Assembly: GCA_020348985.1 (NCBI GenBank)
Contig: CP070761.1
Location: 207,996 to 222,754 of the forward strand
Length of the DNA: 14,759 nucleotides
Reading direction: 5' to 3'
From: Candidatus Thorarchaeota archaeon
Lineage (GTDB): Archaea > Asgardarchaeota > Thorarchaeia > Thorarchaeales > Thorarchaeaceae
Shown here: positions 8,068-14,759 of the stretch, one piece after another
How the letters are laid out: every line of letters begins with the position of its first letter
How positions within the stretch are numbered: the stretch's first letter is position 1
Notes under the pieces: generated by a model
Databases searched by the model: none
The model's input: only the letters and a program-made list of their open reading frames with translations
Told to the model about the DNA's origin: nothing
Position numbers and translations under genes: made by a program

Positions 8068-8766
8068 GTGACAATTGACCTAAATGTGAGAGTCGAAGAC
8101 CAAAACGATCTCGAATCATTTGTTACGATGGCGAAAGCTCTTGGTTTCAAGGGTATTGTCACTCCACTGAAGCTTGCAAAGCCATTCTCAAGATTAGAGG
8201 ATGATTTCTTAATCGGTACCAGGACAGAGCTGAAGGGTTCCACATTAGGATCTCTGAAGAAGGGAATTGGAACTGCTCGACAACGATCTGCTTTGGTTGC
8301 TGTTCAACTTGGCAAAACCCAAGTTTCCAATTGGGCCGCTGAAGACACGAGGGTTGACGTCCTCGCTGTAACAGATATTTCTAAGGATAACAGTCTCAAA
8401 GTGAGTACAGCAAAACTGGCTGCACAATCTGGGACCGCTCTAGAGATACCCGTTGTGCCTCTTCTTGAGACGTCTGGCCTTGACAGGTCTAAGATAATCA
8501 AGAGATATCGAGAATGTGTCCAAACTGCTGTGACAGCAGGAATGCAGGTGGTCCTGACAAGTGGTGCTAGTAAGCCCATTCAGATGAGATCAGCCGCTTC
8601 AGTGCAGTATATTGGCCAGATTTTGGGGATGGAATTGGCCTACATGCGGAAGACAGTTGATGTTACAAGAAGTATGCTTGATAGAAACGAGAGGAATCTG
8701 AGCACTGACTTCGTGGCACCTGGTGTGCACATAGTACAAAGTGGTGAGCCAAGTGAAAAAGACTAG
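8068..8766 (+). CDS. rnp3: Ribonuclease P protein component 3 (Rpp30)
   Basis: AKALGFKG, NWAAEDTRVDVL, AKLAAQSGTALEI, VVLTSGA..PIQMRS, FVAPGVHIV; GTG start; synteny. Confidence 0.92.
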   Translation: MTIDLNVRVEDQNDLESFVTMAKALGFKGIVTPLKLAKPFSRLEDDFLIGTRTELKGSTLGSLKKGIGTARQRSALVAVQLGKTQVSNWAAEDTRVDVLAVTDISKDNSLKVSTAKLAAQSGTALEIPVVPLLETSGLDRSKIIKRYRECVQTAVTAGMQVVLTSGASKPIQMRSAASVQYIGQILGMELAYMRKTVDVTRSMLDRNERNLSTDFVAPGVHIVQSGEPSEKD

Positions 8767-9058
8767 AAGAAGATACGTAAGATTCCGTCTGTTTCAAGAA
8801 GGTAAGCGAGTCAACGAAAAACAGCTAGTAACAGCTATTCGAAAGAGCATGCTCTCTCTTTTTGGAGAAATAGTGGTGGGAGACTCTAAGTTATTCCTTA
8901 CTGACTACGACACGAAATCCGGGGTTGGAATCCTTCAATGTAGTGCGCATATTCTCGAGCGAGCTCTGGCTGCAGCATCAGTCATTGGTACAATTGCTGG
9001 AACCAAAGTGTCATTTCATCCGATGAAGACATCGGGGACAATAAAGGGGCTTGGATGA
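8753..9058 (+). CDS. rnp2: Ribonuclease P protein component 2 (Pop5/Rpp14 family)
   Basis: RRRYVRF, SLFGE, GILQC, TSGTIK; overlaps the rpp30 end. GTG 8753 preferred (GGTGA upstream); 8741 is the alternative. Confidence 0.92.
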   Translation: MKKTRRRYVRFRLFQEGKRVNEKQLVTAIRKSMLSLFGEIVVGDSKLFLTDYDTKSGVGILQCSAHILERALAAASVIGTIAGTKVSFHPMKTSGTIKGLG

Positions 9059-9487
9059 CTAAACAGCGTCCTGGCCAGCTTTCAATAACACTTCTTCATA
9101 AGTCGCTCCTTCAACAATGAATGCGCGAGTTTCCCACTGACCCGTAGTCTTCGATGCAATAAGCCAGACTACGGGATTGAGCTTCATGTTCTCTAGATCT
9201 CTTGATGATGGCCGAGGAGGTGCTGGATGTGAATGGAATATTGCTACTAGCTCTTCACCTCGTTCCTCCGCCTCAATCAAGAGTCGATATTGGTGCTCTG
9301 GATCTACCGAGAAAGAGACAGCTGTTCTTTCCGATAGGTTGTCCACTGTCTCTACGTGAGTCACGGAAACAATCTCATCTTTCACAGTTCCAAACAGCAA
9401 TGCGGCCGATTCAAGCGGAAGTTGTGCTTCGGCTAAATCATGTAGCTGCGCCAAGTCTTCTTTGAGAATCTGAAGTGTAAGCGGCAC
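9059..9487 (-). CDS. JAMM/MPN+ (Mov34, M67) metallo-isopeptidase
   Basis: Catalytic E (PLESAALLFG) and HSHPAPPRPSSRD, matching E-xn-H-S-H-x7-S-x2-D. GTG start with GAGGT SD. Confidence 0.93.
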   Translation of the reverse strand: MPLTLQILKEDLAQLHDLAEAQLPLESAALLFGTVKDEIVSVTHVETVDNLSERTAVSFSVDPEHQYRLLIEAEERGEELVAIFHSHPAPPRPSSRDLENMKLNPVVWLIASKTTGQWETRAFIVEGATYEEVLLKAGQDAV

Positions 9488-9505
9488 GGAGCGTGACCTC
9501 AGATT

Positions 9506-9943
9506 TTAGAATGCTGATTTGATATCCTCAAGAACAATGCAGGTTTCGATTTCACCCACACCAGTAAGCTTCCCAAGACGTTTCTCAAGGAATTGTCGAA
9601 GCTCAGCCAAGTCATAGACGGTAATCTTCAGCATGAGTCCGCATGCACCGTCGAGGAAGTAGGCTTCATTTACTTCTTCATACTCCTTGACCTTTTCTGC
9701 AATCAGTGTGGCTTCTTTCATTATGGTCTTGACTCGAATTATTGCACGAATTCTTCGCCCAATTTTGAGCGGGTCAATTACGACAGTGAAGCGTTTTATG
9801 ATTCCTTCGTCAACGAGACGCTTAACACGTCGCCTGATCGTAACCTCGGTGCGGCCGACCTCTTCTGCTATCTCCGAGAAAGATCTTCTGCCGTCATCCT
9901 GTAGCATTTCGATTATCTGAGAATCAATTGAATCGAGATTCAT
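9506..9943 (-). CDS. Lrp/AsnC family transcriptional regulator
   Basis: LDSIDSQIIEMLQDDGRRSFSEIAEEVG..EVTIRRRVKRLVDEGII plus RAM domain. Start moved to ATG 9943. Confidence 0.95.
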   Translation of the reverse strand: MNLDSIDSQIIEMLQDDGRRSFSEIAEEVGRTEVTIRRRVKRLVDEGIIKRFTVVIDPLKIGRRIRAIIRVKTIMKEATLIAEKVKEYEEVNEAYFLDGACGLMLKITVYDLAELRQFLEKRLGKLTGVGEIETCIVLEDIKSAF

Positions 9944-9995
9944 GAGAACAGCCCCTGGAACAGCTAAAGGCAGACTGCATTGCCTTCGCAAGCTG

Positions 9996-10048
9996 AACGA
10001 CGTCGATACATATACATTACGAATTCGTGCATTATGAACGATTTCGTT
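9996..10048. promoter_or_regulatory. Three ACGA-N2-TCGW palindromic boxes upstream of the Lrp gene (candidate autoregulatory sites)
   Basis: ACGACGTCGA 9997-10006, ACGAATTCGT 10019-10028, ACGATTTCGT 10038-10047; AT-rich TATA-like stretch between boxes 1 and 2. Confidence 0.65.
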
Positions 10049-10095
10049 AACTCTCGTGACTGGAATCTAGCAAGATATTCTGCGGCTGAATCACT

Positions 10096-10926
10096 CTAGA
10101 GAATTCTGAACTCCTCCCGTAGAATTCGGTCTTCGGTCTGAGTCATCACTACGTAAAGCTCGATATGATCAACTAATTGTGCGGCGCTTCTTATCTTCCT
10201 CTCTAGAAGCTCCTGAATCTGAAAGATTCCCGAAGCGTTGTTCATCACAACTTCAATTCTAACTGTCTTCTCTTCGCCCTTCTTTATCTTCACGCGTTCA
10301 ATGGACATCGCTGAAGCAGAGTGGATGTTAACGCTACCAAGCTCAAATGGAATGCGTGCTCTGCCCTTGGTCATGTCGGTAGCATCAGCAATTCCAACAA
10401 CTCCACCCTCAACGGTCTCGGGATTAACGTGTTTGTCATGACAATACATAGCATGCAGAATGTGGCCTCTAACATGTGTTCTTTTTCTTAGATTTCTTGG
10501 ATACACTTTTTCCAAGATTTTGTTGAGTATTGGTACCACAAGCTCTATCGAGAAGTCATTATGTCGATCCCGATGAATGCTCATTCCTATGTCGTGAAGA
10601 TAGCAAGAGAGCAGCACAATCAGTTGAGCATCTTCAAACGTTCCGGTGCCTTCCTGCACTATTGTCGGTTCTAGACCAAATCTTAGCGTGTTCAACAGCT
10701 TCAAACCGTTCATACTAACAATCAGAGAGTGAGTCTGGCCGTGATCAGAGAACCCCATTCTATCGATAGCCATTCGGTTGGAATCCTCTAACATGGTCTG
10801 GATTTCTACATCACTATCGATTATATCGAATGCAAGAACACATAGCTTGTTGTCCTTGAATAGACGTTTCAGGCTTCTTGAGAGCGTGCCCTTCAGTTGA
10901 TGTTTTTGTCTTTGTCTTTTTGTCAA
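10096..10926 (-). CDS. HD-domain metal-dependent phosphohydrolase (COG3294-like)
   Basis: SDHGQTHS, YLHDIGMSIHR..H, YCHD, IADATDMTKGRARIP, NIHSASA; TTG start with GAGGGGG upstream. Confidence 0.92.
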   Translation of the reverse strand: MTKRQRQKHQLKGTLSRSLKRLFKDNKLCVLAFDIIDSDVEIQTMLEDSNRMAIDRMGFSDHGQTHSLIVSMNGLKLLNTLRFGLEPTIVQEGTGTFEDAQLIVLLSCYLHDIGMSIHRDRHNDFSIELVVPILNKILEKVYPRNLRKRTHVRGHILHAMYCHDKHVNPETVEGGVVGIADATDMTKGRARIPFELGSVNIHSASAMSIERVKIKKGEEKTVRIEVVMNNASGIFQIQELLERKIRSAAQLVDHIELYVVMTQTEDRILREEFRIL

Positions 10927-11018
10927 TAGTAAGAACCCCCTCAGTTCATTTCCTGTGTCTCAACTGTGACTCTTCATAGATTCTGGACTTGAGAGGCGTC
11001 TGCTATGAGTTTTGACAA

Positions 11019-11128
11019 CGGATTCCCCTAGAATCCGGCAATACATGATTCCTTCGGTGGTCCTAGTAATGAAGTGTTGCTAATGGGAATGGCAACACAA
11101 GCCACAATTACACTTTCTTTTTCTTCTT
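11019..11128 (+). ncRNA. Candidate intergenic structured sRNA: three hairpins plus U-tract
   Basis: Hairpins at 11019-11037, 11047-11062 (cUUCGg loop) and 11066-11111, then TTTCTTTTTCTTCTT. G-U pairs favour the + strand. Confidence 0.35.
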
Positions 11129-11158
11129 AGTTGCGAGATGGTTCTGTCGTTCGTATTA

Positions 11159-12031
11159 CTATGTATTGGTTGGTGCATGAACTACTGTTTCAACAGGTTT
11201 CTGTGGTGATTCCCTCTTTTGCCAATAGTAGAGTGATACAATAAGAATGTAAGAAACATAGGCAATTACTTCAAGAGCTGATGGATTGCCATTGTATCCA
11301 AAGAGCGACTTGGCAAGTTCTCCAATGAATCCATTTTCGTGCAATGGTGGATAACTGCCATCGGGGAGTAATGGCGGGTTTATGTTCCAGACTTCAATAG
11401 GCCCGATGAGCAAGAATCCCGCCTCTTGTAGCTCGTGTATGCCATAAGCAATCATCCCCGCGGCAAACAGCACTAAGAGAACTGAAGTAGAGTTGAAGAA
11501 TGACTTCAGACTAATGCGTAGAGACCCCTGATAGATTCCAATGCCAAGAACCGTAGCGATAGCCAGACCAATCGTCACGCCTAGGTAGGTGGTATATCCA
11601 TCCTGAATCGCTAGGGCGGCAGTAAACAAGACAAGTTCAACGCCCTCACGGAGAACTAGAGCAAATGCAAGCATAGCGAGGCCTACGCCACTCTCTCGTC
11701 TCGTTCCTTCTTCCACGGATTCTTCAATATCAGAGGCAATCCCTGCTCCAGCGTTCCACATCCAGAGAACCATTGTGGTCAGGAGAAGAGCGGCAATCAG
11801 CACAACTGATCCCTCAAAGACTTCCAGCAAGGGGCCCTCAACGACTCCCCATACAAATGCCATAATTGCGGCGACGCCCACGCTCGCTACAAATGCCATG
11901 ATTGTGCCGCCGAAGACGTATTGTCTAAGATCCTCTCGCTTAGTCTTTCTTAGATATGAAAGCATGATAGCTATAATCAGTGCTGCTTCGATGCCTTCCC
12001 TTAGAGAAATGATCATTGGCGCTATTATCAT
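11159..12031 (-). CDS. FTR1/EfeU-family iron permease
   Basis: Two RExxE motifs (LREGIEA, LREGVEL), ~7 TM, YGIHELQEAG, LFGYN..PS.LE. Confidence 0.96.
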   Translation of the reverse strand: MIIAPMIISLREGIEAALIIAIMLSYLRKTKREDLRQYVFGGTIMAFVASVGVAAIMAFVWGVVEGPLLEVFEGSVVLIAALLLTTMVLWMWNAGAGIASDIEESVEEGTRRESGVGLAMLAFALVLREGVELVLFTAALAIQDGYTTYLGVTIGLAIATVLGIGIYQGSLRISLKSFFNSTSVLLVLFAAGMIAYGIHELQEAGFLLIGPIEVWNINPPLLPDGSYPPLHENGFIGELAKSLFGYNGNPSALEVIAYVSYILIVSLYYWQKRESPQKPVETVVHAPTNT

Positions 12032-12050
12032 GGTTAGCCACGCTCAAGGA

Positions 12051-12074
12051 ATATATCCGGTTAACTATGGTTAA
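12051..12074 (-). promoter_or_regulatory. FTR1 promoter: TATA-like ATATAT and adjacent DtxR/MntR-like palindrome
   Basis: TTAACTATGGTTAA (12061-12074; TTAAC-N4-GTTAA). ATATAT at 12051-12056, 20-25 nt from an ATG with no clear SD. Confidence 0.5.
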
Positions 12075-12141
12075 AATATTATTGATTTAGCCCATATGCA
12101 GCCAGGGGACTGCGTTTGTCTTCGAATCGAGTCAGAATCTA

Positions 12142-14292
12142 CTAGAGTACCTGGACCCAGATTGGACCAGCGTACGTATATCGACCGTTCCGGCCAACCA
12201 CTCGAACAATGTAGAAGTCTGCACCTCCCGTATTGAGTGTGTCTGGATCTATAGCATTGTTGCTGTATTCATTGATGTAGTACTGACCATCCCTCTGTAT
12301 GCAGCTTTCTCTTCCGTATACAGCACCACTTAACGGGTCCATGTCCAAGAAGAGAATCTCAGAAACGGGACTGTCTATGGAGACGGTCGATAGAATCTCA
12401 CCGTTTTTGATTATTTCAACTTCAGCGCGCCAATCGGGTTCCCAGTTGACTTCGACAGATGCGGCTTTGGCCCTTGTGCCTGGTGGCGCTCCATCTTGTG
12501 CTATAATTATGCGAATCTCTCTGGTTGCAGATGAATCACTGACTTGAAGGACAGATCCATCGCCCACTGCGGTACCGTTGATTGTGAAGTCCAAGAAGGG
12601 ACGTCCATGATCAGAACAAGCGAAGACCTTCTGGCGCTCAAGACCCAAAAACACATCCTCTCGGGTAAGACCAGAAGTGTATACTGCTGTGATTCCCGCA
12701 GGGTACGGGTGTTCATTGCGAGTATGCCAGATACTCCAAGGCCGTTGATGTCCTACAAAAGCTGGAGTGTGGCTCAATGAATGTCCAGGATGTCCATCAT
12801 GATTGTCACCTGATGCATACAGAGTCATTCTGTAGCCCATCTTGAATGCGTCTACAATAGACGAGCCGTTCAAGTAGAATGGAGGGGGGTCGATAGCTCC
12901 TACATAATTCAAAGGATGTCTTTGTTCATAGAGAAACTCTCCGTGAACTGAAGTGACTTCGGCTATCTTCACGTACTTCGGATTGATGTAGGTCCAATCC
13001 TGAACATAGGCATTCTGAGTGGTGTGATGCGGGAGTGCTAGCGCTCGACTCCCAGTCGTGTCGGTGAAATGGTCAAGTGCATTCCATAATGAGTCAGTTG
13101 TCGGAAGATGAAGATACGACAAGATTGGTTCTTTGATTAGTTGGTCTCCGCTGAAGATGCAAGTATAATGTCCTGTTTCAACCTGTGTCCACTCAAGTCC
13201 TTGGAATGCTATGAAACTGCCCGGATCATTTACAGCATTTGTTGTAGCCTCTAGTCGATCAAACGACCCAGGGGCCCACATCATGATTTCACTGTGTTCT
13301 GTGAGAGCGCTAAACTCCAAGCCGGCAATATGGCGGGCGTAGAAATAGGAATGCTCTGGTGAGCCCGACCCATCAGACAGCTCGGAATGTGCATGGAAAT
13401 CGCCCCAATAGATCCTCGGGTCAATGGGCGTCAAGTCCTTGACGATGATAGGATTGCTGTAGTACTTATTCTGGGTGAGCGAGTCCTCGACAAGAACATA
13501 GTGGATGCCAGGAGTCTCTACTCTAGCAGAGAAAACATGCCTGCCGTTGTCTCGACTATCTTGGATTTCATACGCGATGTCAGATCCAAATGCCTGCCCT
13601 GTGAATGTATAAGGCGTTGGCAGAGTAGCAACTGGACTCTCAATTGGAGAGTAAGTCGTTAGATTGTATGACACTATTGAGAAGAGGACTGAACCGGTGT
13701 AGGTTGCACTGAGTCGTTCGTAAGGATCCCATGCCTGGACCATTAGGTCGAATTCGTCGCCTCTATTGACAAGTGTGGGTGCATGAATCCACAGAAGACG
13801 TGTTTCATTGTCAAGCATGACTCCCAAGTTGATACTGACACTAGACCAGAGAACAATTGGTGAGATAGTCAACATTGCAATCAGTAAGACACGGATCAAT
13901 CTGGGCATTGCTTTGCCTAGTTTGTCAATCCGTATGATTACTTCGGAGAATGGTTCTCGAATAGATGGCTTAGCAGTCCAGACTATGCTAATTAGCAGAT
14001 ATATGACAAAGGGGACAGTCCCGTAGATGAAAGCTAGTTTCAATGGTGACATTCCCAGCCAAGTATGGGCTATGACTGTGCTAACGCCCGCGGTAATGGC
14101 CAGAACAAGACCGTGGCGCTTCCATTCGAGACCCGAAGATAGAAGGAAGAAGAGAAGACCGATTGTCAAAGCCACGAAATTGAAGAAGAACATGTGAATC
14201 GTGGCAACTCCGATTAGGAAGATAGCTAGTTTTGCCACTGTCCTAGCTTTAGTTCTATCAAGACCGCTTCTTGATGCGAGCTCTTTCGACAA
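12142..14292 (-). CDS. Membrane-anchored PHP-like metallohydrolase (DUF3604 / CehA-McbA-like)
   Basis: N-terminal ~160 aa with 4-5 TM; metal-ligand motifs YWGDFHAHSELSDG, ALTEH, GLEWT..GH, LPHH, EVTSVHG, ASGDNHDGHPG; YAGPIWV C-terminus; TTG start with GGAG upstream. Confidence 0.85.
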   Translation of the reverse strand: MSKELASRSGLDRTKARTVAKLAIFLIGVATIHMFFFNFVALTIGLLFFLLSSGLEWKRHGLVLAITAGVSTVIAHTWLGMSPLKLAFIYGTVPFVIYLLISIVWTAKPSIREPFSEVIIRIDKLGKAMPRLIRVLLIAMLTISPIVLWSSVSINLGVMLDNETRLLWIHAPTLVNRGDEFDLMVQAWDPYERLSATYTGSVLFSIVSYNLTTYSPIESPVATLPTPYTFTGQAFGSDIAYEIQDSRDNGRHVFSARVETPGIHYVLVEDSLTQNKYYSNPIIVKDLTPIDPRIYWGDFHAHSELSDGSGSPEHSYFYARHIAGLEFSALTEHSEIMMWAPGSFDRLEATTNAVNDPGSFIAFQGLEWTQVETGHYTCIFSGDQLIKEPILSYLHLPTTDSLWNALDHFTDTTGSRALALPHHTTQNAYVQDWTYINPKYVKIAEVTSVHGEFLYEQRHPLNYVGAIDPPPFYLNGSSIVDAFKMGYRMTLYASGDNHDGHPGHSLSHTPAFVGHQRPWSIWHTRNEHPYPAGITAVYTSGLTREDVFLGLERQKVFACSDHGRPFLDFTINGTAVGDGSVLQVSDSSATREIRIIIAQDGAPPGTRAKAASVEVNWEPDWRAEVEIIKNGEILSTVSIDSPVSEILFLDMDPLSGAVYGRESCIQRDGQYYINEYSNNAIDPDTLNTGGADFYIVRVVGRNGRYTYAGPIWVQVL

Positions 14293-14454
14293 AGGACCTA
14301 TCTCCGTTGAAGTCCGAATAGGCTATTCGCGGCGCTGCATTGCTCGAATAGCTGGTTCTTGCCTTAGATTTCGTGCCTTCTGTTTCTTTTGTTTTGCAGA
14401 TTTTGGTAAAGACTTATGATAGTGAGACTGCTTGGTTACTGTTGAGAAAGAGTC

Positions 14455-14759
14455 ATGGAGACTGTACTGCTACGTCAGCGTGTTGCAGGAATCCTTCTTT
14501 CTGTATGTGCTGTACTGCTTCCAGTCGGAATCAGATACCACATTCCTGTATCAGTGGTTCCAAGTCCGATAGAGTACATCTTCAGAATCGAGTTCTGGAT
14601 ACCAGTGATGATTGAATTGTATCCGCAAGGGTGGGGTCTTGTCCCTTCCTTTGGCGCTTTGGGGATCTTCCTGCCAATATTCGCACTTGCACATGTTTGG
14701 GTGATAGTGCAGGGAGTTGAGATGGTACAAGGACGTGCGGTCTACTGCGGAGTTCGCAA
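14455..14759 (+). CDS. 5' part of a hypothetical membrane protein (runs off the right edge)
   Basis: Manual translation, not in the ORF track: METVLLRQRVAGILLSVCAVLLPVGIRY...PQGWGLVPSFGALGIFLPIFALAHVWVIVQG..., 101 open codons with hydrophobic segments. Confidence 0.7.
   Translation, partial: METVLLRQRVAGILLSVCAVLLPVGIRYHIPVSVVPSPIEYIFRIEFWIPVMIELYPQGWGLVPSFGALGIFLPIFALAHVWVIVQGVEMVQGRAVYCGVR

Noticed and set aside
1941-9991. Longest-ORF starts at 1988, 2235, 2891, 7520 and 9991
   Set aside because: The extensions overlap neighbours or promoters. Internal starts fit family N-termini, SD motifs or promoter position better.
11066-11111. SECIS-like appearance (AUGAA, stem, AA near the loop)
   Set aside because: Lacks the 3' GA of the tandem G-A quartet, and no + strand gene with an in-frame TGA lies upstream.
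11005-11130. Tiny + strand ORFs (8-15 aa)
   Set aside because: Too short, with no coding signal; cannot be supported.
14416-14454. In-frame ATG...TGT-TGA upstream of the last ORF (possible Cys-Sec extension)
   Set aside because: No selenoprotein-like context or visible SECIS. The segment looks like promoter/UTR, and ATG 14455 is an adequate start.
6876-14476. Shared 11-mer ACTGCTACGTC at 6876 and 14466
   Set aside because: A single short match, with one copy inside coding sequence; expected by chance.
505-14615. The many short antisense or overlapping ORFs in the track (e.g. 505-951, 5286-5648, 6410-6745, 11775-12074, 14373-14615)
   Set aside because: Shadows of well-supported genes, with no motifs or ribosome-binding sites.
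1-14759. CRISPR array, transposon, prophage or defence system
   Set aside because: No spaced repeats, terminal inverted repeats, integrase/transposase or nuclease-type genes were seen.

Overview
Archaeal chromosomal window. Evidence: rpl15e-COG1325-rpp30-pop5 cluster, archaeal-type YchF, TATA-like promoters, GTG/TTG starts. An Asgard/Thorarchaeia origin is a guess from gene mix and style, not shown. It holds 18 complete CDS and 2 edge-truncated CDS missing from the ORF track. Genes: an HTH-like + Cys-rich 4Fe-4S protein, an XRE-DUF2178-like pair, two orphans, DUF134, YchF, flavin reductase, short SerA-like dehydrogenase, the eL15/RNase P protein operon (ending after pop5), an Lrp-JAMM operon, an HD hydrolase, an FTR1 iron permease and a membrane-anchored PHP/DUF3604-like metallohydrolase. 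No tRNA, rRNA, CRISPR or transposase is evident. The most interesting signals are non-coding: (i) a cloverleaf-like structured leader that sequesters the purine tract before rpl15e and the RNase P protein genes; (ii) a candidate + strand three-hairpin sRNA with a U-tract between FTR1 and the HD gene; (iii) palindromic operator candidates at the XRE, Lrp-JAMM and FTR1 promoters. One orphan protein has a gapless internal SPOR/DUF2007-like duplication. All family calls are from motif recognition by eye; no searches were run.
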